DNA of 64,000 nt, from NCBI GenBank assembly GCA_041918255.1, contig JAYRWD010000026.1:9977-73976 (forward strand). The letters are read 5' to 3'. The notes under the pieces are model-generated. The model saw only the letters and a program-made list of their open reading frames with translations, was not told the origin of the DNA and did no database searches. Each line of letters begins with the position of its first letter. The first letter of the stretch is position 1. Positions 39,951 through 48,612 of this stretch are shown here, piece by piece. This DNA comes from Candidatus Dojkabacteria bacterium (GTDB lineage Bacteria > Patescibacteriota > Dojkabacteria > B142 > WJKM01). The position numbers and the translations under genes are program-made.

Positions 39951-42155
39951 ATGCAAATTGATAGAAATAGAATAAAAACTCAGTATTTCGTTGGGGCTTC
40001 TCGTAAGACTCAGTGGTCAAGCGTGTATATATTCTCACCCCATATACCCGCCGTTTATGAAAAGATGGGCGATCTGTTTGCCATTATTACGTTATCGAGC
40101 CCCCCTTCATTTGATTCTAATACCGCAGGAAATCTCTTGATAGACGCACTGCAAGAGGCATATTTTGATGGCCCAAATGAGAATCCATTTGAAGGAATTG
40201 ATTATGCAGTGAAGTCGGCAAAGAAACGTTTAGAGGATCTAATTGAGAGTGATGAAATAATTTCGCAAACTGGAATCGAACTTAGTTTACTATTGGTAGT
40301 TATTCATGAAGAAAAGGCTTATTTAGCCCGCATCGGCGAAGGAGCAATTTTTGGATTCAGAGAGGGCGAAATGGTTGAATTCACTACTAGTTTGAAAGAT
40401 CCCGATGGCAAGGGACATATGAAAACTGCAAGTCTAAGGGTTAGTCCTGGAGATCGATTTGCGATTCTGACTAAAGAAATTCAGCAAAATATTTCAAAAG
40501 ATGAAATTGAAGCAAGTCTCGTGAAGTTTAAGCTAGAGAATATTGAAAATAAAAAGTTTTCAGATGAGGCCTTGAGCGCGATTTTACTTATTGAGGTCGA
40601 GAAAGAGGAGAGGGCAGATATACTAGAGATCAAAGAGTCAATTCAGAATGACAGTGTCAAAGATGAAGATTTCAAAGGGATGTATAGAGAATTTGAAACA
40701 CGAACTTTGAAGGAAAGGGGGGATGAAGAAGCCGAATATAAATTTTTGTCCGCATCAACTTATCATTCTACACCAATATTTATGAGGCTCAGAAGGCAAG
40801 TCAAAGTAGTAATGAATTCTAGATCGTTGGCTAAGGTTATTATATATGGGCGTAATGTCCTCGGGGTACTATTCGGACTATTGGGATCTTTACATCGAAC
40901 CATAAAGTCAAAAGTACTAAAGATACCTCCTAAAGAAATGCTGTATATAAATGATTTGAACAAAGGTGGTAATAAAAGACCAGCAATATTTTTCTTTGTT
41001 TTATCAATTTTATTGATTTACTTTATTATTACAGGAGTTTCGAATTCAAGAGAACGCGCAAAGCTTGCATTTGAGGCTGAGCAAACGATCGTAACATCTG
41101 AAGCTGAACTGACTGAGCTAGAAAATAAAGTAGCCTCTATCATTCTTACCTACGGTAACGAAATAGATAGGGATGCAGCTTTTCGAAAAGTAGACGAGAT
41201 TAAATTAAAATTAGAAGCACTGAAGGTAGAAGAAGTATCTGAGAAACAAAATGCAATTCTAGATAGATTGGAAGAAGTGAATCGTAAGCTTCGTAGGATT
41301 ATTCAGGTCAGAGAAGTTAAAGTGGTCAAAGATTTTGCAGTAATAGAGGGTAGCCAAATAGCTGATATTGATATCGGAGCAGAACAAATTTTTGTGGCCG
41401 ACGGTGGTGATGGCAAAATTTTAGCATTTGATAGGGCAGGTGGGAGTATGAAACAATTAGCCACCGGCTTAAAAGGTCTAATCTCTATAGCATATTCAAA
41501 TCTTGGGCATTTAGCATTTATTGACGGTGATCCTCAAAGAGTTTTAGGTCTTATCAGACTGTCTGATAATATATTGACTCGGGTACCAGGTATCGATGCA
41601 ATTAGGCTCGGCAGGGTAAATGATATCGATGCTTACAAAGTTGGGGAGAACGATAATCGCATTTATGCTGTTCGACCAGAGTCTTCACAAGTTATTCAAA
41701 TGCGTCAATCGGCAGGAGAGTATGTTTTGCCCGAAATTAGACTTGAGAATAAAGATTTGGGGAAAATTTCAGATCTTGAGGTAAGTGACGGGAGGATCTA
41801 CATTCTGTCTCAGGACAAAGGAATTAAGGCTTTTTTTGGAAACGGGGAGGTAGCTTTGAAGCTGTACGGTCTTATGCAACCAGAATTATGGAATTCGGCA
41901 AATAATATATATGTGGATTCAAAATATATATATTTAAGCAATGATTCTATGAAGAGGATTGCGGTTTTCTCAAAATTTAGACCATCGGATGAAGGAGCGG
42001 TGGATTTTATCGCACAGTATGATTTAACCGGATTGCCTCAGAGCGGTAAACTCGGCGAATTGGTTGCCAGTCAACAACAGAGAACTATATATGTCGTACT
42101 CGGAAGTAAGATAGTGAAACTTGATATGTCAGCTATGGAGGAATTCACATACTAG
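39951..42155 (+). CDS. Hypothetical 734-aa single-pass membrane protein: N-terminal cytoplasmic domain, coiled coil, and a C-terminal repeat (beta-propeller-like) domain.
   Basis: A TM helix (PAIFFFVLSILLIYFIITGV) lies mid-protein. The N-domain is faintly PP2C-like (ARIGEGAIFGF), but the DGHGG motif is absent. The C-terminal 300 aa are rich in repeated G/D-containing strands. Confidence 0.4.
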   Translation: MQIDRNRIKTQYFVGASRKTQWSSVYIFSPHIPAVYEKMGDLFAIITLSSPPSFDSNTAGNLLIDALQEAYFDGPNENPFEGIDYAVKSAKKRLEDLIESDEIISQTGIELSLLLVVIHEEKAYLARIGEGAIFGFREGEMVEFTTSLKDPDGKGHMKTASLRVSPGDRFAILTKEIQQNISKDEIEASLVKFKLENIENKKFSDEALSAILLIEVEKEERADILEIKESIQNDSVKDEDFKGMYREFETRTLKERGDEEAEYKFLSASTYHSTPIFMRLRRQVKVVMNSRSLAKVIIYGRNVLGVLFGLLGSLHRTIKSKVLKIPPKEMLYINDLNKGGNKRPAIFFFVLSILLIYFIITGVSNSRERAKLAFEAEQTIVTSEAELTELENKVASIILTYGNEIDRDAAFRKVDEIKLKLEALKVEEVSEKQNAILDRLEEVNRKLRRIIQVREVKVVKDFAVIEGSQIADIDIGAEQIFVADGGDGKILAFDRAGGSMKQLATGLKGLISIAYSNLGHLAFIDGDPQRVLGLIRLSDNILTRVPGIDAIRLGRVNDIDAYKVGENDNRIYAVRPESSQVIQMRQSAGEYVLPEIRLENKDLGKISDLEVSDGRIYILSQDKGIKAFFGNGEVALKLYGLMQPELWNSANNIYVDSKYIYLSNDSMKRIAVFSKFRPSDEGAVDFIAQYDLTGLPQSGKLGELVASQQQRTIYVVLGSKIVKLDMSAMEEFTY

Positions 42156-42179
42156 AAATGATTAAGCGAATTACAGCCA

Positions 42180-42635
42180 ATGGAAAGTAAGCAATACGCA
42201 AAAAATAAAGCCGCGTTTCATGATTATAGAATTATTGAGGAATTTGAAGTAGGTCTTGTTTTACAGGGATGGGAGGTTAAATCTATCCGGGTAGGGGCTG
42301 TCAGTCTTAAAGAAAGTTACATTGCCCCGGTAGGAAAAGAATTATTGATTTATGGAATGAATATTGCAAAGTGGAAGTATACACTTAGGGTAGGGGAACA
42401 GATGGAATTGCGACCGCGCAAATTACTAGTAAATAGAAAGGAAATAGAGCATATTGTCTTTGAGCAAAAAAGAAATGGTGTAACAATCATCCCGCTATCA
42501 ATATACGATCGACGTGGACATATAAAATTGAAAATAGCACTGGGGAAGGGATTACGTAAATATGATAAAAGGGAAGTCGAAAAATCCCGAGAAATCATGA
42601 AAGGGAGTAGGGAAAAACAGGCGGAAAGATGGTAG
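42180..42635 (+). CDS. smpB: SsrA-binding protein SmpB
   Basis: NKAAFHDYRIIEEFEVGLVLQGWEVKSIR, with a basic C-terminal tail. It is 151 aa. Confidence 0.9.
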   Translation: MESKQYAKNKAAFHDYRIIEEFEVGLVLQGWEVKSIRVGAVSLKESYIAPVGKELLIYGMNIAKWKYTLRVGEQMELRPRKLLVNRKEIEHIVFEQKRNGVTIIPLSIYDRRGHIKLKIALGKGLRKYDKREVEKSREIMKGSREKQAERW

Positions 42636-42682
42636 GCACAAGCTATAGCTATGATATAATTTATATCAATTAAGTACAACAA

Positions 42683-43072
42683 GTGTTTAGAAAAAAAATT
42701 GATGAGCAAACAGGTGTGCCATCTCCTGAAATAGCAGGAGGAGCGGTCTCTACTGGTGTCCCTCGAGGTAGTGAGGTACTCACAAACAAAGAGATTCAAT
42801 CCGGAAGTGGGTATAATGAGAAGAAAACAGATACCCAAAAAGAGACTAAGATTCCTCAGTCGCCAACTCAAACGCAGATTAAGACGCAAGGTCCGGCGCA
42901 GACTACGCAAACAGTAGTGCCGAAAGTATGGGGTTACAAAATTTCTCCCTCGTTAGTTTCGAATCTAGGTAAGGTAAGGAGGGGGAAAAGTTCTGCAGAT
43001 CCTAAAACAGGAATTGGTTGCTTGTATATGCTTATCGATAGACTTTTTAGAATGCAGACAGCCTCGGCCTAG
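42683..43072 (+). CDS. Doubtful small ORF encoding a low-complexity T/Q/K-rich product.
   Basis: The 129-aa product is largely compositionally biased (TQKETKIPQSPTQTQIKTQGPAQTTQT). It has no convincing SD and could be non-coding. Confidence 0.2.
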   Translation: MFRKKIDEQTGVPSPEIAGGAVSTGVPRGSEVLTNKEIQSGSGYNEKKTDTQKETKIPQSPTQTQIKTQGPAQTTQTVVPKVWGYKISPSLVSNLGKVRRGKSSADPKTGIGCLYMLIDRLFRMQTASA

Positions 43073-43151
43073 CCTAGAATTTCACCCATTCCCAATACTC
43101 AAAAATATTCATCTAGTGTATTATTAGTATGACCTTTAGTACCAATTTATA

Positions 43152-45623
43152 ATGATTCAAGCTGTCCGCATATTAGCACAAATGGATTTTTTCTCCTTAG
43201 TTATGGACCCTGCGTCATTCGTAGATGAAGCAAGCAATGACCCTTCGTTTCTGATAATGGTTTGCCTTATGGCAATATTGGGTCTTGTAATTTTGATTCT
43301 AGCGTATAAGCTATTTATGAAGGGAGTGATGCATGCTTCTATGGAAAAAAAGTCATTAAGCTCAGTTCTCTTTGAAGTTAGACTTCCGCATACGAATGAG
43401 GTCGAGATACAATCAGCCGATCAAATGCTAACGGGGTTTCTTGGCATTGAAAGAGAACTGAAGGGGCTACAAAAATGGTTTGGTTCGAAATATTATATTA
43501 GTTTTGAAATTGTAGCGTTGCCTGAGACTATAAGATTTTTTGTAAATGTCCCAAAGAAATTAGCGACACTTGTAGAAAAACAAATAAATGGTACTTATCC
43601 TGAGGGTGAAGTAATAAGAACGGATGAATATAATATATTTGGACCTGGGCAGAAGGTAGAATTCTGTTCATTGAAGTTAGCTGAGGATCCGTATAAGCCC
43701 ATCCGGACATATGAAGAGCTTTCGCAAGATGGTTTAAGCAGCATTACCTCCGTTATGAATAAAATGGGTCCTGGTGATGCTATGGCGTTACAGATTGTTA
43801 TTACTCCCTCATCAGGAGAGTGGCGCAAAGATGGTCGAAAATACGTAAATAAAATACGAGAGAATAATTCTGATCCGGAAAAATCAAAGATAGAGGTAGA
43901 AGACGAAATACTTGCTGCAATTGAAAAGAAGGCAGAAAAGCCTGGATTTGAATCAGTTGTGAGGATTGTAAGTGTTTCTACGTTAGGAGAAATAGCTAAA
44001 TCAAATTTGGATAACATGGTTTACGCGTTTGATCAGTTTGCTAATCAAAATGGAAATAGGTTTAAAAAAGTTTCATACAAGAAAAGAAAGGAACAAAGGG
44101 AATTCATGAAGTCCTTTTTGTACAGATTCCCCTCGAAAGCGATGATTTTAAACTCCTCTGAATTAGCTACTATTTTTCACTATCCAAATAGCAAAATTAC
44201 TACTCCGCACATACATTGGCTTACCTCGAAACGTGCTCCAGCAAGTGGAGAAGTCTTATCTCATTTCGAAAATGCAGGGGTATACCTAGGAGTGAATGAA
44301 TATAGGGGCACGAAAAGAAAGATATTCATGCGCTATGACGATAGGCGACGACATTTTTATTATGTTGGTAAAACAGGTTCTGGTAAATCTGTAATGTTGC
44401 AGCATATGGCCTATCAGGATATTTTAAACGGACAGGGATTAGCATTCCTGGATCCTCACGGGGACGCCGTTGAATGGCTTATGGATCGAATACCGGCCGA
44501 ACGTGTCGAGGACATTATTTATTTCAACCCTGCGGATACGGATCGTCCAATAGGTATGAATATCATGGAATGGTATACCGAACATGATAAACACATTATT
44601 GTGAATGGTTTCTTGGGTCTTCTTAATAAATTATTTGATCCTTACAATCAAGGTATTACTGGACCACGTTTCGAGCAGGCCGTAAGGAATGCGATGTTGA
44701 CTGTTATGGCAAAAAAAGGCACTAGCTTGGCTGAAGTGATGACACTTTTACAAAATGACAAGATAGCAGAGAAATACTTTCCATATTTAAACGATGATAT
44801 TGTAAAACGCTATTGGACAGAACAAATAGCCCATACCCAGGAATTTCACAAATCGGAAATTTTAGGATATATAACCTCTAAGTTTGACAGATTTATCACA
44901 AATAAATTGATGCGAAATATTATTGCTCAAAGCAAATCTGGCTTTGATTTCCGTACAGTTATGGATGAAGGCAAGGTTTTATTAATTAACTTATCCAAGG
45001 GATTAATCGGGGAAGAAAACTCACAATTCCTAGGGCTATTATTGATACCCAAAATGTTGCAAGCAGCGATGAGTAGGGCGAATATTGAAGCTGGATCAAG
45101 GCGGGATTTTTATCTATATGTAGACGAGTTCCAGAATTTTGCGACGCCTGATTTTGCTCAAATTCTTTCGGAGGCTCGAAAATACAGGCTTAACCTAATT
45201 GTCGCTAACCAATACATCGCCCAAATGACGGATGAGATCCGTGATGCTGTTTTCGGTAATGCAGGGTCTATAGGTAGTTTCAAAGTGGGAGTGAATGATG
45301 CGCAGTACTTGGCGAATGAATTTGAGCCAGTATTTAATCAAAACGACTTAATCAATTTGGAAAATTTGAATATGTATATCAAGTTACTTGTAAAAGGTGA
45401 ATATCCTCCTCCATTTTCGTTAAAATTAGATACGGATTTGGTCTTCAAAACACCACCGAATAAAGAAATTGGTCAGCTTGTTAGGGAACTATCGCGACTG
45501 AAGTATGGGAAAGACGCAAAGCTGGTCGATGCCGAGATAAAGGCAAGAGAACAAGAAGATGGACCAGGCAATATTGTATCACAACCACCGCCTCCGGCGT
45601 ATAAGCCACCGCTGAGTAGCTAA
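43152..45623 (+). CDS. VirD4/TraG/TraD-family type IV coupling-protein-like P-loop ATPase
   Basis: An N-terminal TM helix. Walker A YYVGKTGSGKS is followed by LDPHGD, which resembles the T4CP DPKGE motif. Walker B is YVDEFQNFA, with GNAGSIGSFKVG beyond it. The product is 823 aa. Confidence 0.55.
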   Translation: MIQAVRILAQMDFFSLVMDPASFVDEASNDPSFLIMVCLMAILGLVILILAYKLFMKGVMHASMEKKSLSSVLFEVRLPHTNEVEIQSADQMLTGFLGIERELKGLQKWFGSKYYISFEIVALPETIRFFVNVPKKLATLVEKQINGTYPEGEVIRTDEYNIFGPGQKVEFCSLKLAEDPYKPIRTYEELSQDGLSSITSVMNKMGPGDAMALQIVITPSSGEWRKDGRKYVNKIRENNSDPEKSKIEVEDEILAAIEKKAEKPGFESVVRIVSVSTLGEIAKSNLDNMVYAFDQFANQNGNRFKKVSYKKRKEQREFMKSFLYRFPSKAMILNSSELATIFHYPNSKITTPHIHWLTSKRAPASGEVLSHFENAGVYLGVNEYRGTKRKIFMRYDDRRRHFYYVGKTGSGKSVMLQHMAYQDILNGQGLAFLDPHGDAVEWLMDRIPAERVEDIIYFNPADTDRPIGMNIMEWYTEHDKHIIVNGFLGLLNKLFDPYNQGITGPRFEQAVRNAMLTVMAKKGTSLAEVMTLLQNDKIAEKYFPYLNDDIVKRYWTEQIAHTQEFHKSEILGYITSKFDRFITNKLMRNIIAQSKSGFDFRTVMDEGKVLLINLSKGLIGEENSQFLGLLLIPKMLQAAMSRANIEAGSRRDFYLYVDEFQNFATPDFAQILSEARKYRLNLIVANQYIAQMTDEIRDAVFGNAGSIGSFKVGVNDAQYLANEFEPVFNQNDLINLENLNMYIKLLVKGEYPPPFSLKLDTDLVFKTPPNKEIGQLVRELSRLKYGKDAKLVDAEIKAREQEDGPGNIVSQPPPPAYKPPLSS

Positions 45624-45901
45624 AAGCTATAGCACAAAGATCTTGAATAGCAAAAAAAACTGTAACATGCATTGTCTGGACCGTTCATTTTGCCTATGTT
45701 TACCTACACCGCCTTAAATATCGGGAGAGTAAGTAATTACATAGCCTAATTACGTGAAAAAACAATCTCCTCTGAAAAATTACCTAGTATATCTAGTTTT
45801 TCATATAAATTTGCAAAGGGTAGTCAGCTTTTTCAAATAGTGCTAATCTATCATTGAAGCTTTTACAAATTATATACATCTAATTTTATTTATTTCTTGC
45901 C

Positions 45902-47347
45902 TTGAAATATTTAAAATATCAATGCGTATTATGTCTGCTAGTTATTTCACTTTGCTTGAGCATAAAGTTAGTGTCGAGGGTTGAAGCCGCTTCTGTTGAT
46001 ATTGATGGGAATGGCGTGCTTACTTATACTGCCGAAGCTGGGGAAACAAATCTTTTGACTTTTGAGCAAAGCAGAGATGATTATATCTTTAGGGAAAGCG
46101 CAATCAATATTTCGGTAGAAAGTGATGACTGTACTGGGGATGGGACAAAGGCAGTCACTTGTGATAATAGTAATGTGGAGAGTATAGAAATTTATCTGGA
46201 GGATGAGAACGATAAAGTCTGGATAGAATCGTTTGAACACGTAGTGACATTAGACCTTGGCAGCGGAAGCGACCAAGCGACATGGTACTTCGATAACAGA
46301 TTCACCCAAGAGGATGGAGAGATAATGGGCGGAGGCGGAGCTGATACTTTGATTGTAGAAGGTGATTCTACAAGCGACGAGTTTGATGTGCTTGAAAGCG
46401 GAGGAAATTTAAGGATCAAGCGAAACGTACCGACCCCGAAAGCGTATTTAGATATAAGCGATTTTGCATATTTAGATATCAAACTTGAAGGAGGGGATGA
46501 TACACTCTCGGTTCTTGGAAATCTAGATGACGTAGAGGATATTTCTTCCATGGAGATTACCATAGAGGGTGGCGAGGGGAATGATGAAATCGATGCCTCT
46601 GATATTGATGATGGGATCTTAGACGATATGAATTTGTTAATATTTGGCGATGAAGGTGACGATCTATTAAATGGTAGTAAAGGGAAAGATTCCATAGATT
46701 GTGGAGAAGGGGATGACCAGTATGAAGATAACGGTGGATTTGATGAAATTGACGATACGTGTAATGAAACAGTGGTGGTCGCAACTGAGCCATTCTCCGA
46801 TATAGATGGAAACATTTTCAAGTCTTACATCGAGTCACTGTATGCAAATGGTATAGTCTCGGGTAGTCAGGGAAGATTTTTTCCAAATGAGTATCTCACA
46901 AGAGGACAATATGCGAAAGTTATATTTTTGGGCTTGGAATTACCCGTTAATGTAGGTTGCGGTGGGTTCCCCGATGTGAATGGAACTGATGTATTTTATA
47001 ATTATATTACCTCTTTGAAATGTCACGGGATTGTGAGTGGCAAAAGCAATGGAACTTATGGGTCTGAGGAACCAATTAGTAGGGGAGCGGCAGCGAAGAT
47101 AGCAGTGGAGGCATTGAAATACAAAAACGCTAATATTTTCTTTACTGATGGTTCTATACAGTTCAACGATTTGAATACTTCAAATCCTTTTTATGGCTAT
47201 ATTATTCTAATTGCTTCAGCAAGGGTTAATGGCGAGGCGATAATGGGGGGTAGTAATGGGAACTTTATGCCGAGTTCATTTATGACCAGAGGGGAAATGG
47301 CAAAAGTAGTGAGCAACACCCGCAGTTATTGGCAAGCTAGCGTGTAA
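45902..47347 (+). CDS. Surface protein with an Asp-rich (Ca-binding-like) region and three C-terminal S-layer-homology (SLH) domains.
   Basis: A signal peptide, a D/G-rich repeat region (GDEGDDLLNGSKGKDSIDCGEGDD), then three repeats of the type FxDIDGNIFKSYIESLYANGIVSGS...FFPNEYLTRGQYAKVI. Confidence 0.65.
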   Translation: MKYLKYQCVLCLLVISLCLSIKLVSRVEAASVDIDGNGVLTYTAEAGETNLLTFEQSRDDYIFRESAINISVESDDCTGDGTKAVTCDNSNVESIEIYLEDENDKVWIESFEHVVTLDLGSGSDQATWYFDNRFTQEDGEIMGGGGADTLIVEGDSTSDEFDVLESGGNLRIKRNVPTPKAYLDISDFAYLDIKLEGGDDTLSVLGNLDDVEDISSMEITIEGGEGNDEIDASDIDDGILDDMNLLIFGDEGDDLLNGSKGKDSIDCGEGDDQYEDNGGFDEIDDTCNETVVVATEPFSDIDGNIFKSYIESLYANGIVSGSQGRFFPNEYLTRGQYAKVIFLGLELPVNVGCGGFPDVNGTDVFYNYITSLKCHGIVSGKSNGTYGSEEPISRGAAAKIAVEALKYKNANIFFTDGSIQFNDLNTSNPFYGYIILIASARVNGEAIMGGSNGNFMPSSFMTRGEMAKVVSNTRSYWQASV

Positions 47348-47421
47348 TGCTCCAGGGTGGACTCGAACCACCGACCCCCGCTTTATAAGAACGATGCTCT
47401 AACCGACTGAGCTACTGGAGC
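47348..47421 (-). tRNA. tRNA-Ile (anticodon UAU)
   Basis: Minus-strand sequence GCTCCAG-TA-GCTC-AGTCGGTTA-GAGC-A-TCGTT-CTTATAA-AGCGG-GGGTC-GGTGG-TTCGAGT-CCACC-CTGGAGC-A. All stems pair, with two G-U wobbles in the anticodon stem, and CCA is not encoded. Its 3' end abuts the SLH gene stop. Confidence 0.8.
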
Positions 47422-47582
47422 GTTTTTGTGGTTAGAACTGGTTGTTCTCGAATCGAGATTTTCCGTCCTACTTCCCAACACAGGAAGCAAAGGGTTTCTT
47501 TCTAAAATAGATTCTATCACGAAACTCATGCGCTGACCTAGCGATCATGCAAGGATTGTTTCCGTGAAAATAGCAAAAAAAT

Positions 47583-48461
47583 CTATAGGGAGGCGGTTTT
47601 GCTGGAATTTAAATTTCGTTTTGTTTTTACCATCTCTAGATACTTTTCAGTGCTGGTAATACGTTTGTGACCTACTATTTCCGCGATTTGTTCAAGTGGT
47701 ACACCGTGTTCCAGCTGGAAGACAATGAAAGTATTTCGTATATCATTGACAGTTGCGTCATCTATACCGGATTTTTTGAACGTATTATTGATAGTTGTAC
47801 GGATATTCCTAATCAATACTTGCTTTCCAGATTTGGTGGTAAATAAGTAGCCTTCGTCATCTTGCGGACGGGGGCGAATTTTGAGATATTTTCTGATAGC
47901 TTCTACGCACGTCTCGTTTAGGATTATAGTTCGGGCCGGATTGCTCGCATAGGATTCGATGGTAGCGGTTGGGACTTTGGCATCAAGCTCGAGCTGGGAA
48001 ATTTTTAACCTGGACAATTCGCCGATCCGCATGCCTGTTTGCAATAAAACTTCTACCATGGCGTAAAGCCTTGGGCTTGATCTAGCCGTATCCCGGAGTG
48101 CTTTATATTCTAGACTATTGAGAATTCGTCTCTGTTTAGTTTCAAACTTTGGATGCACTATACCTTCTGCAATATTGGCGTTTACATGATTTTCGGAGTG
48201 CAAAAATTTGAACAAAGTCCGAAAACTGTTAATTTTTCTAGAAATTGTTTTTAAGGTGAATTTCTGCTCGGTTACCAGCTCTTGGATATATAACTCTAGA
48301 TGGTTTGTTTTGTAATCTGATAATAGAGAAATTTCGTTTTTGTATCTGCCAAATAATTGCTCGATATCCTTCTTGTAGGCTATGATAGTTGAGGGAGAAC
48401 GTTTTTTTTCTTTAAGATTGGCAATAAAGAGTTCTAGAGCTTGAGAATGTGGAATTGACAT
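47583..48461 (-). CDS. Tyrosine site-specific recombinase (XerC/XerD or integrase family)
   Basis: An N-terminal SAM-like core-binding domain. The C-terminal catalytic region is IRNTFIVFQLEHGVPLEQIAEIVGHKRITSTEKYLEM, with the nucleophile Tyr in KYLEM. It is 292 aa. Confidence 0.75.
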   Translation of the reverse strand: MSIPHSQALELFIANLKEKKRSPSTIIAYKKDIEQLFGRYKNEISLLSDYKTNHLELYIQELVTEQKFTLKTISRKINSFRTLFKFLHSENHVNANIAEGIVHPKFETKQRRILNSLEYKALRDTARSSPRLYAMVEVLLQTGMRIGELSRLKISQLELDAKVPTATIESYASNPARTIILNETCVEAIRKYLKIRPRPQDDEGYLFTTKSGKQVLIRNIRTTINNTFKKSGIDDATVNDIRNTFIVFQLEHGVPLEQIAEIVGHKRITSTEKYLEMVKTKRNLNSSKTASL

Positions 48462-48612
48462 AGCCGAAATTGTTAATATACATAAAGCGATAAATAGAGG
48501 ATATCGTGTATTCTACAATGAAACAGATGAATTTTATCAATATTATGCAAAAAAGGCAATACTACGGGACATATTATGAATTTATGTTAGCCAGTTTAGC
48601 TTTTAGTACGAT

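Noticed and set aside
46192-46821. A 209-aa Ser/Pro-rich minus-strand ORF inside the SLH gene
   Set aside because: It is the mirror image of the Asp/Gly-rich repeat region, where GAT/GGA complements give TCx/ATC. It is an artefact of the repeat.
47583-48461. Interpreting the recombinase as evidence of a prophage
   Set aside because: No capsid, terminase, portal or other phage genes occur on either side. The size and N-domain fit chromosomal XerC/D. Integration of the adjacent locus remains only a possibility.
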